The notes beneath the pieces were generated by a model, which was not told the DNA's origin, searched no databases, and saw only the letters and a program-made list of their open reading frames with translations. A stretch of DNA of 64,000 nucleotides from Dehalococcoidia bacterium (GTDB taxonomy: Bacteria; Chloroflexota; Dehalococcoidia; DSTF01; RBG-16-68-14), in NCBI GenBank assembly GCA_040882355.1, contig JBBEBM010000068.1, positions 241 to 64,240 on the forward strand, written 5' to 3'. Positions 1 to 8,754 of the stretch are shown one piece after another. Made by a program: the position numbers and the translations under genes. Numbering within the stretch: the first letter of the stretch is position 1; each line of letters opens with the position of its first letter.

Positions 1-1
1 C

Positions 2-847
2 GTCGAACTCGACGACGTCCAGGTCGTGCCGCAGGACAGCCTCTCGGCGCCGCCGCACTTCGGCCCGGGTGGCAGCCGTCTCGGCGTCGCGATCACGGGC
101 GCGGTGCTGGGTGCGGCCGCCGGCGTGAAGGAGAAGCTGATCAAGGTCGCGGCAAGCCTGCTGCAGGCCGACCCGGCCAACGTCGAGCTGATGGACGGCA
201 AGCTTCGCGTGAAAGGCGTCGATGGCGCTGAGATCGAAGTGCGTCGTGTGGCCGGTGTCATGCTGATGCGCAGCGATCTCTTGCCACCGGGCGTCGACCC
301 GAGCCCCGAAGCGACCTACGTCTGGACGGCGCCCGGTCGCACGGCAGGCGACGAGCAGGGCCGGTCGAAGGGGTACCTGACGGCGGCGAGCGCCTGCCAC
401 CTAGTGCTCGTCGAGGTCGATCCGGAGACGGGACAGGTGCAGATCCTGAAGTACTACATCGTCGATGACTGCGGCACGCGTCTCAACCCGGCGACGCTGG
501 AAGGCATGACGCAGGGCGCGGTCGCGCAGGGCGTCGGCGCCGCGCTGCTGGAGGAGTACGTCTACGACGACGAGGCGCAGCCGCTCACCTCGACCTACAT
601 GGACTACCTGCTGCCCACCATCCACGAGGTGCCGATGACGGAGAAGGCGGCGCAGGTGACGCCATCGCCGTTTACGCCGCTGGGCGCGAAGGGTGCCGGC
701 GAGGGCGCGATCAACACCACGCCCGCCGCCATCATGTGCGCGATCAACGACGCCCTTGCGCCGCTGGGCGTCCTCGCCACAGAGGTGCCGGCGAGCCCCA
801 ACCGCCTCTGGAAGCTGATCGACGAAGCGAAGGCCAGAGAACAGTAG
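2..847 (+). CDS. Xanthine dehydrogenase/CoxL-family molybdopterin-binding large subunit, C-terminal part (5' end outside window)
   Basis: Motifs VEVDPETGQV, DDCGTRLNP, GAVAQGVGAALLEE, YMDYLLPT and KGAGEG (catalytic Glu). Frame is open to the window start. Confidence 0.9.
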   Translation, partial: VELDDVQVVPQDSLSAPPHFGPGGSRLGVAITGAVLGAAAGVKEKLIKVAASLLQADPANVELMDGKLRVKGVDGAEIEVRRVAGVMLMRSDLLPPGVDPSPEATYVWTAPGRTAGDEQGRSKGYLTAASACHLVLVEVDPETGQVQILKYYIVDDCGTRLNPATLEGMTQGAVAQGVGAALLEEYVYDDEAQPLTSTYMDYLLPTIHEVPMTEKAAQVTPSPFTPLGAKGAGEGAINTTPAAIMCAINDALAPLGVLATEVPASPNRLWKLIDEAKAREQ

Positions 848-913
848 TTAGCTCCTTCCGGCTCGGCGGAGCTCGTACTTCTTGCGCTTGCGCTTGTCGA
901 CGGGAGACGCATC

Positions 914-947
914 CCTTACCATAGAAGTAAGAAGCGGACTCCTTACC
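914..947. promoter_or_regulatory. Probable autoregulatory operator of the TA pair
   Basis: CTTAC(915-919)-N7-GTAAG(927-931) inverted repeat plus a second CCTTACC at 941-947, directly before RBS GGAGG and ATG 960. Confidence 0.55.
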
Positions 948-959
948 TGCGGAGGGACT

Positions 960-1187
960 ATGCCAACAGCCAAGGTGACGAGCAAGGGGCAGGTCACGAT
1001 CCCCAAGAAGGTGCGCGACGGGCTCGGCATTCGGCCCGGTGATGAACTTGCCTTCGTGCAGGACGGCCGTGGCTACCGGGTGGAAAAGCGCATCCAAGCT
1101 TCTCCTCTCAAGAAATACCGCGGGTACCTCAAGCACCTGGCTGGCAGAGAATCAGACGAACTCGTGGAGGAGATGCGCGGGCGGTGA
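960..1187 (+). CDS. AbrB/MazE/SpoVT-family antitoxin
   Basis: MPTAKVTSKGQVTIPKKVRDGLGIRPGDEL is the AbrB signature. RBS GGAGG at 951-955. Stop overlaps the toxin GTG. Confidence 0.92.
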   Translation: MPTAKVTSKGQVTIPKKVRDGLGIRPGDELAFVQDGRGYRVEKRIQASPLKKYRGYLKHLAGRESDELVEEMRGR

Positions 1188-1651
1188 TTACCGCTGTTGA
1201 CACCAACATTCTATTGGATGTGCTTGTCCCCGGTGAAGTACACGGCGACCAGTCGGAACGGTTGCTTGGAGAGGCGCTTGGCGCGGGAGCGGTGATCGTG
1301 AGCGAGCCTGTGTATGCTGAGTTGGCGGCGCGATTCTCTGACCCGCAGCACCTGGACGGCTTTCTGGACGAGACCGGCATCGCGAGGAAACCGTGTGGCT
1401 CCGCTGCGCTCTTCCAGGCCGGAACGAGGTGGATCGAGTACGTTCGGCGACGTTCGTCCACCCTGGCCTGCCCGCGGTGTGGGGCGAAACAACAGGTTCG
1501 CTGCGAGCAATGTGGAGCGAACCTCCAGCCTCGACAGCACGTCGTTGCCGATTTCATTATCGGGGCGCATGCCCTGGCGCACGCCGATCGGCTACTTTCG
1601 CGGGACCGAGGTTTCTACTCGTCGTACTTTCCCGACCTCGCTCTGGACTAG
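1184..1651 (+). CDS. vapC: PIN-domain VapC toxin with internal CxxC..CxxC Zn-ribbon
   Basis: VDTNILLD, VYAEL, ADFIIGAHA and LLSRD acidic PIN motifs. GTGA overlap with the antitoxin. Confidence 0.9.
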   Translation: MITAVDTNILLDVLVPGEVHGDQSERLLGEALGAGAVIVSEPVYAELAARFSDPQHLDGFLDETGIARKPCGSAALFQAGTRWIEYVRRRSSTLACPRCGAKQQVRCEQCGANLQPRQHVVADFIIGAHALAHADRLLSRDRGFYSSYFPDLALD

Positions 1652-1668
1652 CTCGGCTGGCGGCTGCC

Positions 1669-2844
1669 CTAGCCGCGCGGCAGACCGAGGCCGCGCGTGG
1701 CGATGATGGTGCGCTGGATCTCCGACGTGCCGGCGATGAGTGTGGCCGTTGTCGACGAGATTGTCGCCGGTTCGATGCGCCCGCCGAGCGGCGCCTGCGT
1801 CTCGCGATGGCTCAGGTTGCCGTAGAGGCCGACCAGCCGCTGCGCCGTTGCGCCGAGCCGCTGATACGCCTCGCTGACGAAGAGCTTCGCCTCGGAGGCC
1901 TCGCGGTCGGGCAGCTCGTCGCGCGCCTGGAGGCTGACGACGTGGAGCGTGAGCAGCCGCCCGACGAGCCACTCGATCTCGTGCCGCGCGAGCAGGTGCC
2001 TGGCGCGCGCTCGCGCGCGGTTCGACAGGCTGTCATCGTGGAGTGCTGAGCGCAGGTCGTCAAGCAGCCGCCGGTACTGGCCGATGAAGAGCGCGTCGCC
2101 GCGTTCGTACTGGAGCAGCGTGGTCGCGTAGCGCCAACCCTCGTTCTCGTTGCCCACCAGGTTCTCCGCAGGCACCTCGACGTCGTCGAAGAACACCTCG
2201 TTCAGCGCGTGCTCGTCGATCGCGTCGCGGATCGGGCGGATGGTGATGCCGGGCGAGTTCGTTGGCACAAGGACGAGGCTGAGGCCCCGCCCGCGCGAGT
2301 GCTCGTCGCCCGTGCGCGCCAGGAGGATCAGCCACTCGGCGCAGTGGGCCATGCTCGTCCAGATCTTGTGGCCGTTCACCAGGTAGCGGTCGCCCCTGCG
2401 CTCGGCGCGTGTGCGCAACGAGGTCAGGTCCGAGCCGGCGCCGGGCTCGCTGAAGCCCTGGCACCAGATCACTGCGCCGTTCGCGATCGCCGGCAGGTGC
2501 TGCCGCTTTTGCTCGTCGCTGCCGTAGAGGATCAGCACCGGCCCGACGAGGTCGACGGAGATCGTTGTCAGGCGCGGAACCAGCGCGTAGCCAAGCTCCT
2601 CGTAAAGCGCGAACTGCTCGTATGGCGTGAGGCCGCGTCCGCCGTAGGCCTCGGGCCAGGCGGGCGCGAGCAGGCGCTTGGCGGCGAGGGCGAAGTCCAG
2701 CCTGCGCGCGAGGTCGAAGTGCTCGGGCCGCACGTCCATCGGCAGGAAACCGCTGCCCTGCCAGCCTGCGGGTAGCACCGGAGCGAGCGCCTCGCGCACA
2801 TCCCGGCGAATGCGCTCCATCTCAATAGTCGGCGCGAAGTCCAT
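1669..2844 (-). CDS. Acyl-CoA dehydrogenase (FadE26/29-like)
   Basis: WCQGFSEPGAGSDL, NGHKIWTS, NEVFFDDV, GTSEIQR..IA.RGLGLPR. Confidence 0.93.
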   Translation of the reverse strand: MDFAPTIEMERIRRDVREALAPVLPAGWQGSGFLPMDVRPEHFDLARRLDFALAAKRLLAPAWPEAYGGRGLTPYEQFALYEELGYALVPRLTTISVDLVGPVLILYGSDEQKRQHLPAIANGAVIWCQGFSEPGAGSDLTSLRTRAERRGDRYLVNGHKIWTSMAHCAEWLILLARTGDEHSRGRGLSLVLVPTNSPGITIRPIRDAIDEHALNEVFFDDVEVPAENLVGNENEGWRYATTLLQYERGDALFIGQYRRLLDDLRSALHDDSLSNRARARARHLLARHEIEWLVGRLLTLHVVSLQARDELPDREASEAKLFVSEAYQRLGATAQRLVGLYGNLSHRETQAPLGGRIEPATISSTTATLIAGTSEIQRTIIATRGLGLPRG

Positions 2845-2859
2845 TGGGGCTCTTGTGGG

Positions 2860-4017
2860 TCAGCCTTTGCGCAAGATGAGTGCGCTGGTGGGGACGACAG
2901 CGGCCGCGGCGACCAGCGCCACCGAGGCGTTGGCCACCTGACATGTCGAGGTGCCGCGGAGCTGGCGCACGCCTTCGAGGACATGGTTGAAGCCGTGGAC
3001 GTAGGCCTCGGAGAGGCTGCCGCCGTGCGTGTTCACAGGGATGTCGCCGTCGGGCCAGTCGATCCGGCCCTCCTCCACGAACGGCCCCGCTTCGCCGCGC
3101 TTGCAGAAGCCGTACGCCTCGAGCTGCCAGAGCACCATCGGGCTGAACACGTCGTAGAACAGCGCGACGTCGACGTCTTCCGGGCCGAGGCCCGCCATCG
3201 CGTAGACATCGCGGGCCGAGTAGAGCGGCGGCAGGTCGAACGGGTCGTCCTTGTAGATCAGCCCGCTCATCATGTAGTGCTGCGGGCCCATCCCCTGCGC
3301 GACGCCCGAGATGTACGCGGGTGGCTGCCTCAGGTCGCGGGCCCGCTCGGCGCTGGTGACGATGACGGCGCACGCGCCGTCCGTCTCGAGCGAGCAGTCG
3401 AGTAGGTGGAGCGGGTCGGCAATGAGGCGCGAGCTGAGCACGTCTTCGACCGTTATCGGGTCGCGGAAGAACGCGCGCTCGTTGCGGGCGGCGTTAGCGC
3501 GCTGGGTGACGGCGACGCGGGCGAACTGCTCCGAGGTCGCGCCGTACTCGATCATGTAGCGGCGGGTGAGCAGCGCGAGCTGCTGGACCGGACTGACGAG
3601 GCCGTACGGCAGCTCGAACGCGGCCGGCCCGCCGACGCGCATACCCGCCTTCGCCCACGGGCGCCCGCCGGAGCCGCGGTTGCGGGCCCGGAAGGCCACC
3701 GCCACCGTCGCCATGCCGCTCGCGACCGCGAGTGCGGCGAGCACGACGGGCGCGCAGCCGGCGCCGCCGCCGTAACCCGCGCCGGCCCAGGCGCGCAGGT
3801 TGGGCGCGCCCAGGTTGCGTGCCAGGTCGAGCTCGCTGACCGACTCCTCGCCGGGCGTCTCTATCTTGAAGATGGCGTCGACGTCCTTCGCCGTGAGGCC
3901 GGCGTCGTCGAGCGCTTCCGTGATCGCGTCAAGCGCCGTCTCCAGCTCGGAGCGGCCGATATTGCGCACGTACTCCGTCGTGCCGATGCCGGCGATCGCC
4001 GTCTTGTCGCGGATCAT
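2860..4017 (-). CDS. SCP2-thiolase-like lipid-transfer protein, Ltp2-type aldolase
   Basis: AIAGIG, GGGAGCA, DCSLETDG, YDVF and NTHGGSLSEAYVHG. Both Ltp2-type Tyr positions appear present. Confidence 0.88.
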   Translation of the reverse strand: MIRDKTAIAGIGTTEYVRNIGRSELETALDAITEALDDAGLTAKDVDAIFKIETPGEESVSELDLARNLGAPNLRAWAGAGYGGGAGCAPVVLAALAVASGMATVAVAFRARNRGSGGRPWAKAGMRVGGPAAFELPYGLVSPVQQLALLTRRYMIEYGATSEQFARVAVTQRANAARNERAFFRDPITVEDVLSSRLIADPLHLLDCSLETDGACAVIVTSAERARDLRQPPAYISGVAQGMGPQHYMMSGLIYKDDPFDLPPLYSARDVYAMAGLGPEDVDVALFYDVFSPMVLWQLEAYGFCKRGEAGPFVEEGRIDWPDGDIPVNTHGGSLSEAYVHGFNHVLEGVRQLRGTSTCQVANASVALVAAAAVVPTSALILRKG

Positions 4018-5093
4018 GACTCGCGGCTCGGCAGGGCCAGCGTGGCGGTGCAGGGCGTGGCCGGGCCGTCCTGCGTCGCGATCACGATCTCGAGATCGAC
4101 GCGCTTCTCGCCCGCGTCTTCGTACTTCTTGACGACCTTGCCGGTGATGATCATGTCGTCGCCGGCGCAGACGTTCTGGCGCATCTGGATCTTCATCCGC
4201 CGCACGCTGCTTCGCGGCCCGCCCCAGTCGGTGAGGAAACGGCTCACCATGCCCAGGTTGAACGGCGTGTTCACGAAGACGTCCTTCGTCTTCGAGCGCT
4301 GCCGGGCGTACTCAGGGTTCGAGTGCTGTGGCGAGAAGTCGCGCGTCGCCGACGCCAGGTAGACGCAGCGGGTCATCGTGATCGGCATGACCAGCCGCGG
4401 TAGATCTTCGCCCTCGCGCACGTCCTCCCAGACCCGCTCGTTGACCGCGGGCGGCTGGTAGCCGGTATCATCGCCGCGAATCGCCTCCTCGACCGCCGGG
4501 CTCCAGCCTGCGGCGTCGCTCGGCTTCGTTGGTGCCGGGCCATCTTCGCGCCCGTAGCCGAACGCGGTGAGCGACTCGCGGGCGACCAGCTCGCCGCGCT
4601 GGTTGCGGTAGAGGCGCTCCATTGTCCAGAAGTGGCCCTCGCCCAGGCGCGTGCGCCGCCAGGGCGAGATCGAGACCAGCCGCTGACTCACGCTCACCCG
4701 GTCGGCGATGACGAGCGGGAGAAATGTCTCCAGCTCCACTTCGGTGATGATGCCGACAGGCAGGTTGAGCAGCTCCTTCACGGGGTAGTGGATGTGGCGC
4801 GCCGGCGGGCCGTCTTGCGGCGGCCAGGGCCAGCGGTAGGGCGTCGTGAACGCCGTCATCACCGAACCCGGCGGCGCGACGAGGCCGGTGAAGCCCTGCG
4901 ATCTGGCGAACGCCTCGTCGAGGTAGAGGGGGTTACCGTCCTCCATCGTCTCGCACCAGTGGCGGATCAACGACTCGTTCACCTCGAGCGGGGCGGGTTG
5001 CGGCGCGGACTCCTTCGAGAGCGCGAGGAGCTGCTGCTTGACCTCGTCCGTTAGATATTCCGGGAGGTAGTCGAGGGTGCCCTCTTGCGTCAT
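4014..5093 (-). CDS. Fused double hot-dog (FAS1/MaoC-N + MaoC) enoyl-CoA hydratase, ChsH2/ChsH1-like
   Basis: N-domain IRHWCETMEDGNPLY..APP; C-domain ATRDFSPQH..VFVNT. Confidence 0.85.
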   Translation of the reverse strand: MTQEGTLDYLPEYLTDEVKQQLLALSKESAPQPAPLEVNESLIRHWCETMEDGNPLYLDEAFARSQGFTGLVAPPGSVMTAFTTPYRWPWPPQDGPPARHIHYPVKELLNLPVGIITEVELETFLPLVIADRVSVSQRLVSISPWRRTRLGEGHFWTMERLYRNQRGELVARESLTAFGYGREDGPAPTKPSDAAGWSPAVEEAIRGDDTGYQPPAVNERVWEDVREGEDLPRLVMPITMTRCVYLASATRDFSPQHSNPEYARQRSKTKDVFVNTPFNLGMVSRFLTDWGGPRSSVRRMKIQMRQNVCAGDDMIITGKVVKKYEDAGEKRVDLEIVIATQDGPATPCTATLALPSRES

Positions 5094-5102
5094 CGCGGTC
5101 GG

Positions 5103-6230
5103 TTAGGCGTCCAGGAGCTGTTCGGCGATGATCTCTTCCCAGTAGCCGCTGTGGCCCATCGAGAGCTGCAACTGCTTGCCGCGGCGCAGGTACAGCGTGG
5201 TGTCCATGTCCTCGTCAAAGCCGATGCCGCCGTAGATCTGCGAGCCGATCGCCGACGCCTGCTTGAACGTATCGCCGGCGAGCACCTTCGCCTTCGCGAC
5301 GCTCGCTCGCGACGGCAAGCCCTGGTCGAGCGACCAGGCGGCGTGGATCGCCGTGGTCTCGGCGCCGACGATCTCGGTGATCGTCTGCGCCAGGTAGTGC
5401 TGGATCGCCTGGAAGCTGCCGATCGGGCGGCCGAACTGCACGCGCTGCTTTGCGAAGTCGGTCGCCATTTCGTGGATGCGCTCCGAGGCGCCCACCATGT
5501 AGCCGCAGAGCGTCATCACGCCCTGATAGATGACCTGCTCGAGCAGAGGCCACGCGCCGCCCACCGGCCCAAGCACGTCGGCGGCCGGAACGCGCACGTT
5601 TTCCAGCGTCACCTTAAACTGGCGATCGCGGGCCATCGTGTTCAGCGGCGTCATCGTGATGCCGGGCGCCTTCGCGTCGACGACGAACATCGTGACGCCA
5701 TAGGCGCTGTCGGAGGTCCTTGCCACGACGAGCAAGCTGTCGGCGGCGCTCGCGAACTCGACGAACATCTTGGTGCCGTTGAGCACGAAGCCGTCTTGTG
5801 TTTCACGCGCCGTCGTCTGCACGCCGCTCGGGTCATAGTGGACGCTCGGTTCCTGGAGCGCGAACGCCACGATCATCTCGCCGGATACGATGCGCGGCAG
5901 GTACGCCTGGCGTTGCTGGTCTGTGCCGGCGGCCGCGATCGCGCCACCGCTCAGTACCACGGTGGGGATGTAGGGGCTGGGGCAAAGCGAGCGGCCCATC
6001 TCCTTCGCCAGCACGACCAGATCGACGGCGCCCATGCCGTAGCCGCCGTACGTCTCAGGCAGCGGCAGGCCGAGCCAGCCCAGGTCCACCATCTTCTGCC
6101 AGAGCCCGCGCGAGAAGCCTTCTTCGTTCGACTCCATCTCGCGCACCAGGCTGCTGGGGCACTCGCTCTCCATGAAGCGGCGGGCGGCGGCCTGCAACTG
6201 CTGCTGCTCCTCCGTGAACTCCATGTCCAT
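5103..6230 (-). CDS. Acyl-CoA dehydrogenase (beta-type partner subunit)
   Basis: LGWLGL.LPE.YGG and RVQFGRPIGSFQAIQH; paired with the upstream ACAD. Confidence 0.92.
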   Translation of the reverse strand: MDMEFTEEQQQLQAAARRFMESECPSSLVREMESNEEGFSRGLWQKMVDLGWLGLPLPETYGGYGMGAVDLVVLAKEMGRSLCPSPYIPTVVLSGGAIAAAGTDQQRQAYLPRIVSGEMIVAFALQEPSVHYDPSGVQTTARETQDGFVLNGTKMFVEFASAADSLLVVARTSDSAYGVTMFVVDAKAPGITMTPLNTMARDRQFKVTLENVRVPAADVLGPVGGAWPLLEQVIYQGVMTLCGYMVGASERIHEMATDFAKQRVQFGRPIGSFQAIQHYLAQTITEIVGAETTAIHAAWSLDQGLPSRASVAKAKVLAGDTFKQASAIGSQIYGGIGFDEDMDTTLYLRRGKQLQLSMGHSGYWEEIIAEQLLDA

Positions 6231-6252
6231 GTTGCTGGCTGTCCTCCGCTGC

Positions 6253-7422
6253 CTACCGGGGCAGTCCCAGGTGTCGCTGGGCGATGATGTTCTTCGAGAT
6301 GTCGACGCCCGCCGCGGCGACGCGCTGGTGGCCCGCCCAGAGGTAGTCGTCGACGAGGTCGCCGTCCATCGGCGCGTTCTCCTCGTCGTGCCAGAGGTAG
6401 CCGTATGGGCCCATGATGTCGAGCGCCTCGTCTGAGAGCGTCGTTTCGACGATGCCGCCCCACATCTTGTTCATCGCCGCCTCGATGTAGGGCACGTAGT
6501 CGGGCCGGACGGCGAGGCAGACGCAGCGCAGGTCGAGCATCTTCCCCATCTCGATCTGCACGGCGAGCCGCGCGATCCGGCGCCGGACGACTGGGTCCTG
6601 CGCGAGCGGCGTCCCGTTCAGCTTCGCCTCCTTCACCCACGCGACGAGCCGGTCGAACTTGCGGATCGTGGGCGCGAAGGAGGTCATCGCGAAGCGTTCG
6701 TATGTGAGCGCCTCGGTGATGTACTGCCAACCGTGGTTCAGCTCGCCGACGAGCCGCTCGCGCGGCACGCGCACGTTGTCGAAGAACATGTCGTTCGTGC
6801 GCTCGCCGATGATCGTCCACATCGGGCTGAGCGTGATGCCGGGCGCGTTCGCGTCGATGATCAGCAGGCTGATCCCTTTGTGCTTGGGCGCGTCGGGGTC
6901 GGTGCGCACGCCGGTCCAGACGTAGTCGGCGAAGTGGGCCGACGTGATGAAGCGCTTCTGGCCGTTCAGGACGTACTCGTCGCCGTCCAGCACCGCGCGC
7001 ATCTGCATGTTCGCGAGGTCGGAGCCGGCTTCCGGCTCCGTGTAGGCGAGGGCCCACTGGATCTCGTTGCGCAGGATGCGCGGGATGAACTCCTGCTTGA
7101 GTTGCTCGCTGCCGTGGTGCAGCAGCGTATTCACGACGACGCCCAGGTTCTTGCCCACGATCGGCGCCTGAGCCTTGTGCAGCTCCTCGTTCAGGATGTA
7201 CTGCGCCAGCGGCATCGCTTCGCCGCTGCCCCCGTACTCCTCCGGGAACCCCATCGACAGCCACCCGCGCTCCGCCATCTTCGTGACGAACTGCTGACGC
7301 TCGGGCGTGTCGAGCAGGCCGCCGAGCCAGCGCGAGCGGATCTCGTCCGTCATCTCCGCCTCGATGAACTCATGCACCTCTTTGCGGAACGCGTCTTCCT
7401 CGTCGCTGAATCGAAAGTCCAT
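6253..7422 (-). CDS. Acyl-CoA dehydrogenase (alpha-type subunit)
   Basis: YTEPEAGSDLA, NGQKRFIT, RTDPDAPKHKGIS, C-terminal LGLPR. Confidence 0.93.
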   Translation of the reverse strand: MDFRFSDEEDAFRKEVHEFIEAEMTDEIRSRWLGGLLDTPERQQFVTKMAERGWLSMGFPEEYGGSGEAMPLAQYILNEELHKAQAPIVGKNLGVVVNTLLHHGSEQLKQEFIPRILRNEIQWALAYTEPEAGSDLANMQMRAVLDGDEYVLNGQKRFITSAHFADYVWTGVRTDPDAPKHKGISLLIIDANAPGITLSPMWTIIGERTNDMFFDNVRVPRERLVGELNHGWQYITEALTYERFAMTSFAPTIRKFDRLVAWVKEAKLNGTPLAQDPVVRRRIARLAVQIEMGKMLDLRCVCLAVRPDYVPYIEAAMNKMWGGIVETTLSDEALDIMGPYGYLWHDEENAPMDGDLVDDYLWAGHQRVAAAGVDISKNIIAQRHLGLPR

Positions 7423-7454
7423 CTATGTCCTCATGTGGTCCGTCGGTGCGCACT

Positions 7455-8615
7455 TCATGCGATGGCCGCCGCTCGGCGGAGGTCGTCGATCGAAGCTTCG
7501 TCGTAGCCCAGCTCGCGGAGCAGATCGGTCGCGTTCGTCGTGGCTGGCCCGCGTACCTGGCCGGGCGTCCCGGACAACTTTACCATAACCCCGACCTGCT
7601 CGCGGCGAGCGCCTTCGGGCGTCTCCGTCTCCACGATGAGCTGTCGGTGGCGCAGGTGCGGGTCGCGCGCGACCTCGTCGATGGCGTTGACCGGCGCGAC
7701 GCACGTTTCGCCGGGCATCAGCTCCGCCACCCACTCGTCGCGCGTTTTGGTGAGGAAGATCGTCTTGAACGCGGCGAAGGCCTCCTCGAGCTGGGCGCCC
7801 TCGGCGTACTGGTGCGCGATCAGGTCATCGCGGCCGAGCAGGCGGCAGAGGTTCTCGTAGAACCAGGGCTCGATCGCTGCGACGGAGACGTACCTGCCGT
7901 CCTTCGTCTCGTAGACGTTGTACCAGGGATACTTGCCCGTCAGCAGCGTCTCGCCGCGGTGCGGCGCCTCACCCGTGGTCAGGTAGTCGTCGATCGTGAG
8001 AAACATCATCGTCACCAGGCCGTCGACCATCGCCATGTCGACGTACTGGCCAGCGCCGGTGCGCTCCCGCGCCAGCAAGGCCGATAGGATGCCGATCACG
8101 GCGTTCATGCCGCCGCCCGCGTTGTCGGCGATGGTGTTGCCCGGGATGATCGGCGGGCCGTCGCTGCGGCCGGTCATCGCGAGGATGCCGGCGACGCCCT
8201 GGTAGTTGAGATCGTGGCCCACGTAGCCGCTGTACGGGCCGTCCTGCCCGTAGCCGCTGAGCGATGCGTAGATGATGTCGGGCTTGATCGCGCGCACGCT
8301 GTCGTAGTCGACTCCGAGCCGCTTCACGACGCCCGGCCGGAAGCCCTCTGTCACGACGTCGGCGGTCGCCACCAGCTTGTAGAACACCTCACGGGCGGCG
8401 TCGCTCTTCAGATTCAGGCCGATGCTGCGTGAGTCGCGGCGGATGGAGGCGTCCGCGGGGAGGCGGATGAGCTTGCCGGCGCGCTTGCCTTCGCCAGGCC
8501 CCGGCTGCTCGATCTTGATGATCTGCGCGCCCAGGTCGGCCAGGATCTGCGCGCAATGCGGGCCGGGTCCCAACGGGGCGAGATCGAGGACACGAATCCC
8601 CTCTAGCGCCTGCAA
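7455..8615 (-). CDS. CaiB/BaiF family III CoA transferase (AMACR-like)
   Basis: LEGIRVLDL, LADLGA, EGFRPGV, GHDLNY. TTG start at 8615 after GGGAG. Confidence 0.88.
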   Translation of the reverse strand: MQALEGIRVLDLAPLGPGPHCAQILADLGAQIIKIEQPGPGEGKRAGKLIRLPADASIRRDSRSIGLNLKSDAAREVFYKLVATADVVTEGFRPGVVKRLGVDYDSVRAIKPDIIYASLSGYGQDGPYSGYVGHDLNYQGVAGILAMTGRSDGPPIIPGNTIADNAGGGMNAVIGILSALLARERTGAGQYVDMAMVDGLVTMMFLTIDDYLTTGEAPHRGETLLTGKYPWYNVYETKDGRYVSVAAIEPWFYENLCRLLGRDDLIAHQYAEGAQLEEAFAAFKTIFLTKTRDEWVAELMPGETCVAPVNAIDEVARDPHLRHRQLIVETETPEGARREQVGVMVKLSGTPGQVRGPATTNATDLLRELGYDEASIDDLRRAAAIA

Positions 8616-8754
8616 CGATCGCTCCCATTGGCACGCACAGCGGTAGTGTTGTACCGTGTGCTCGCCAATCGGGTCAAGCAGTGAGGCCGCGCCAGCCGGC
8701 ACCCGTCCGAGCGCGGCCTCATTACGCGAAACGAACTCGATCTGAGGAGCGCGG

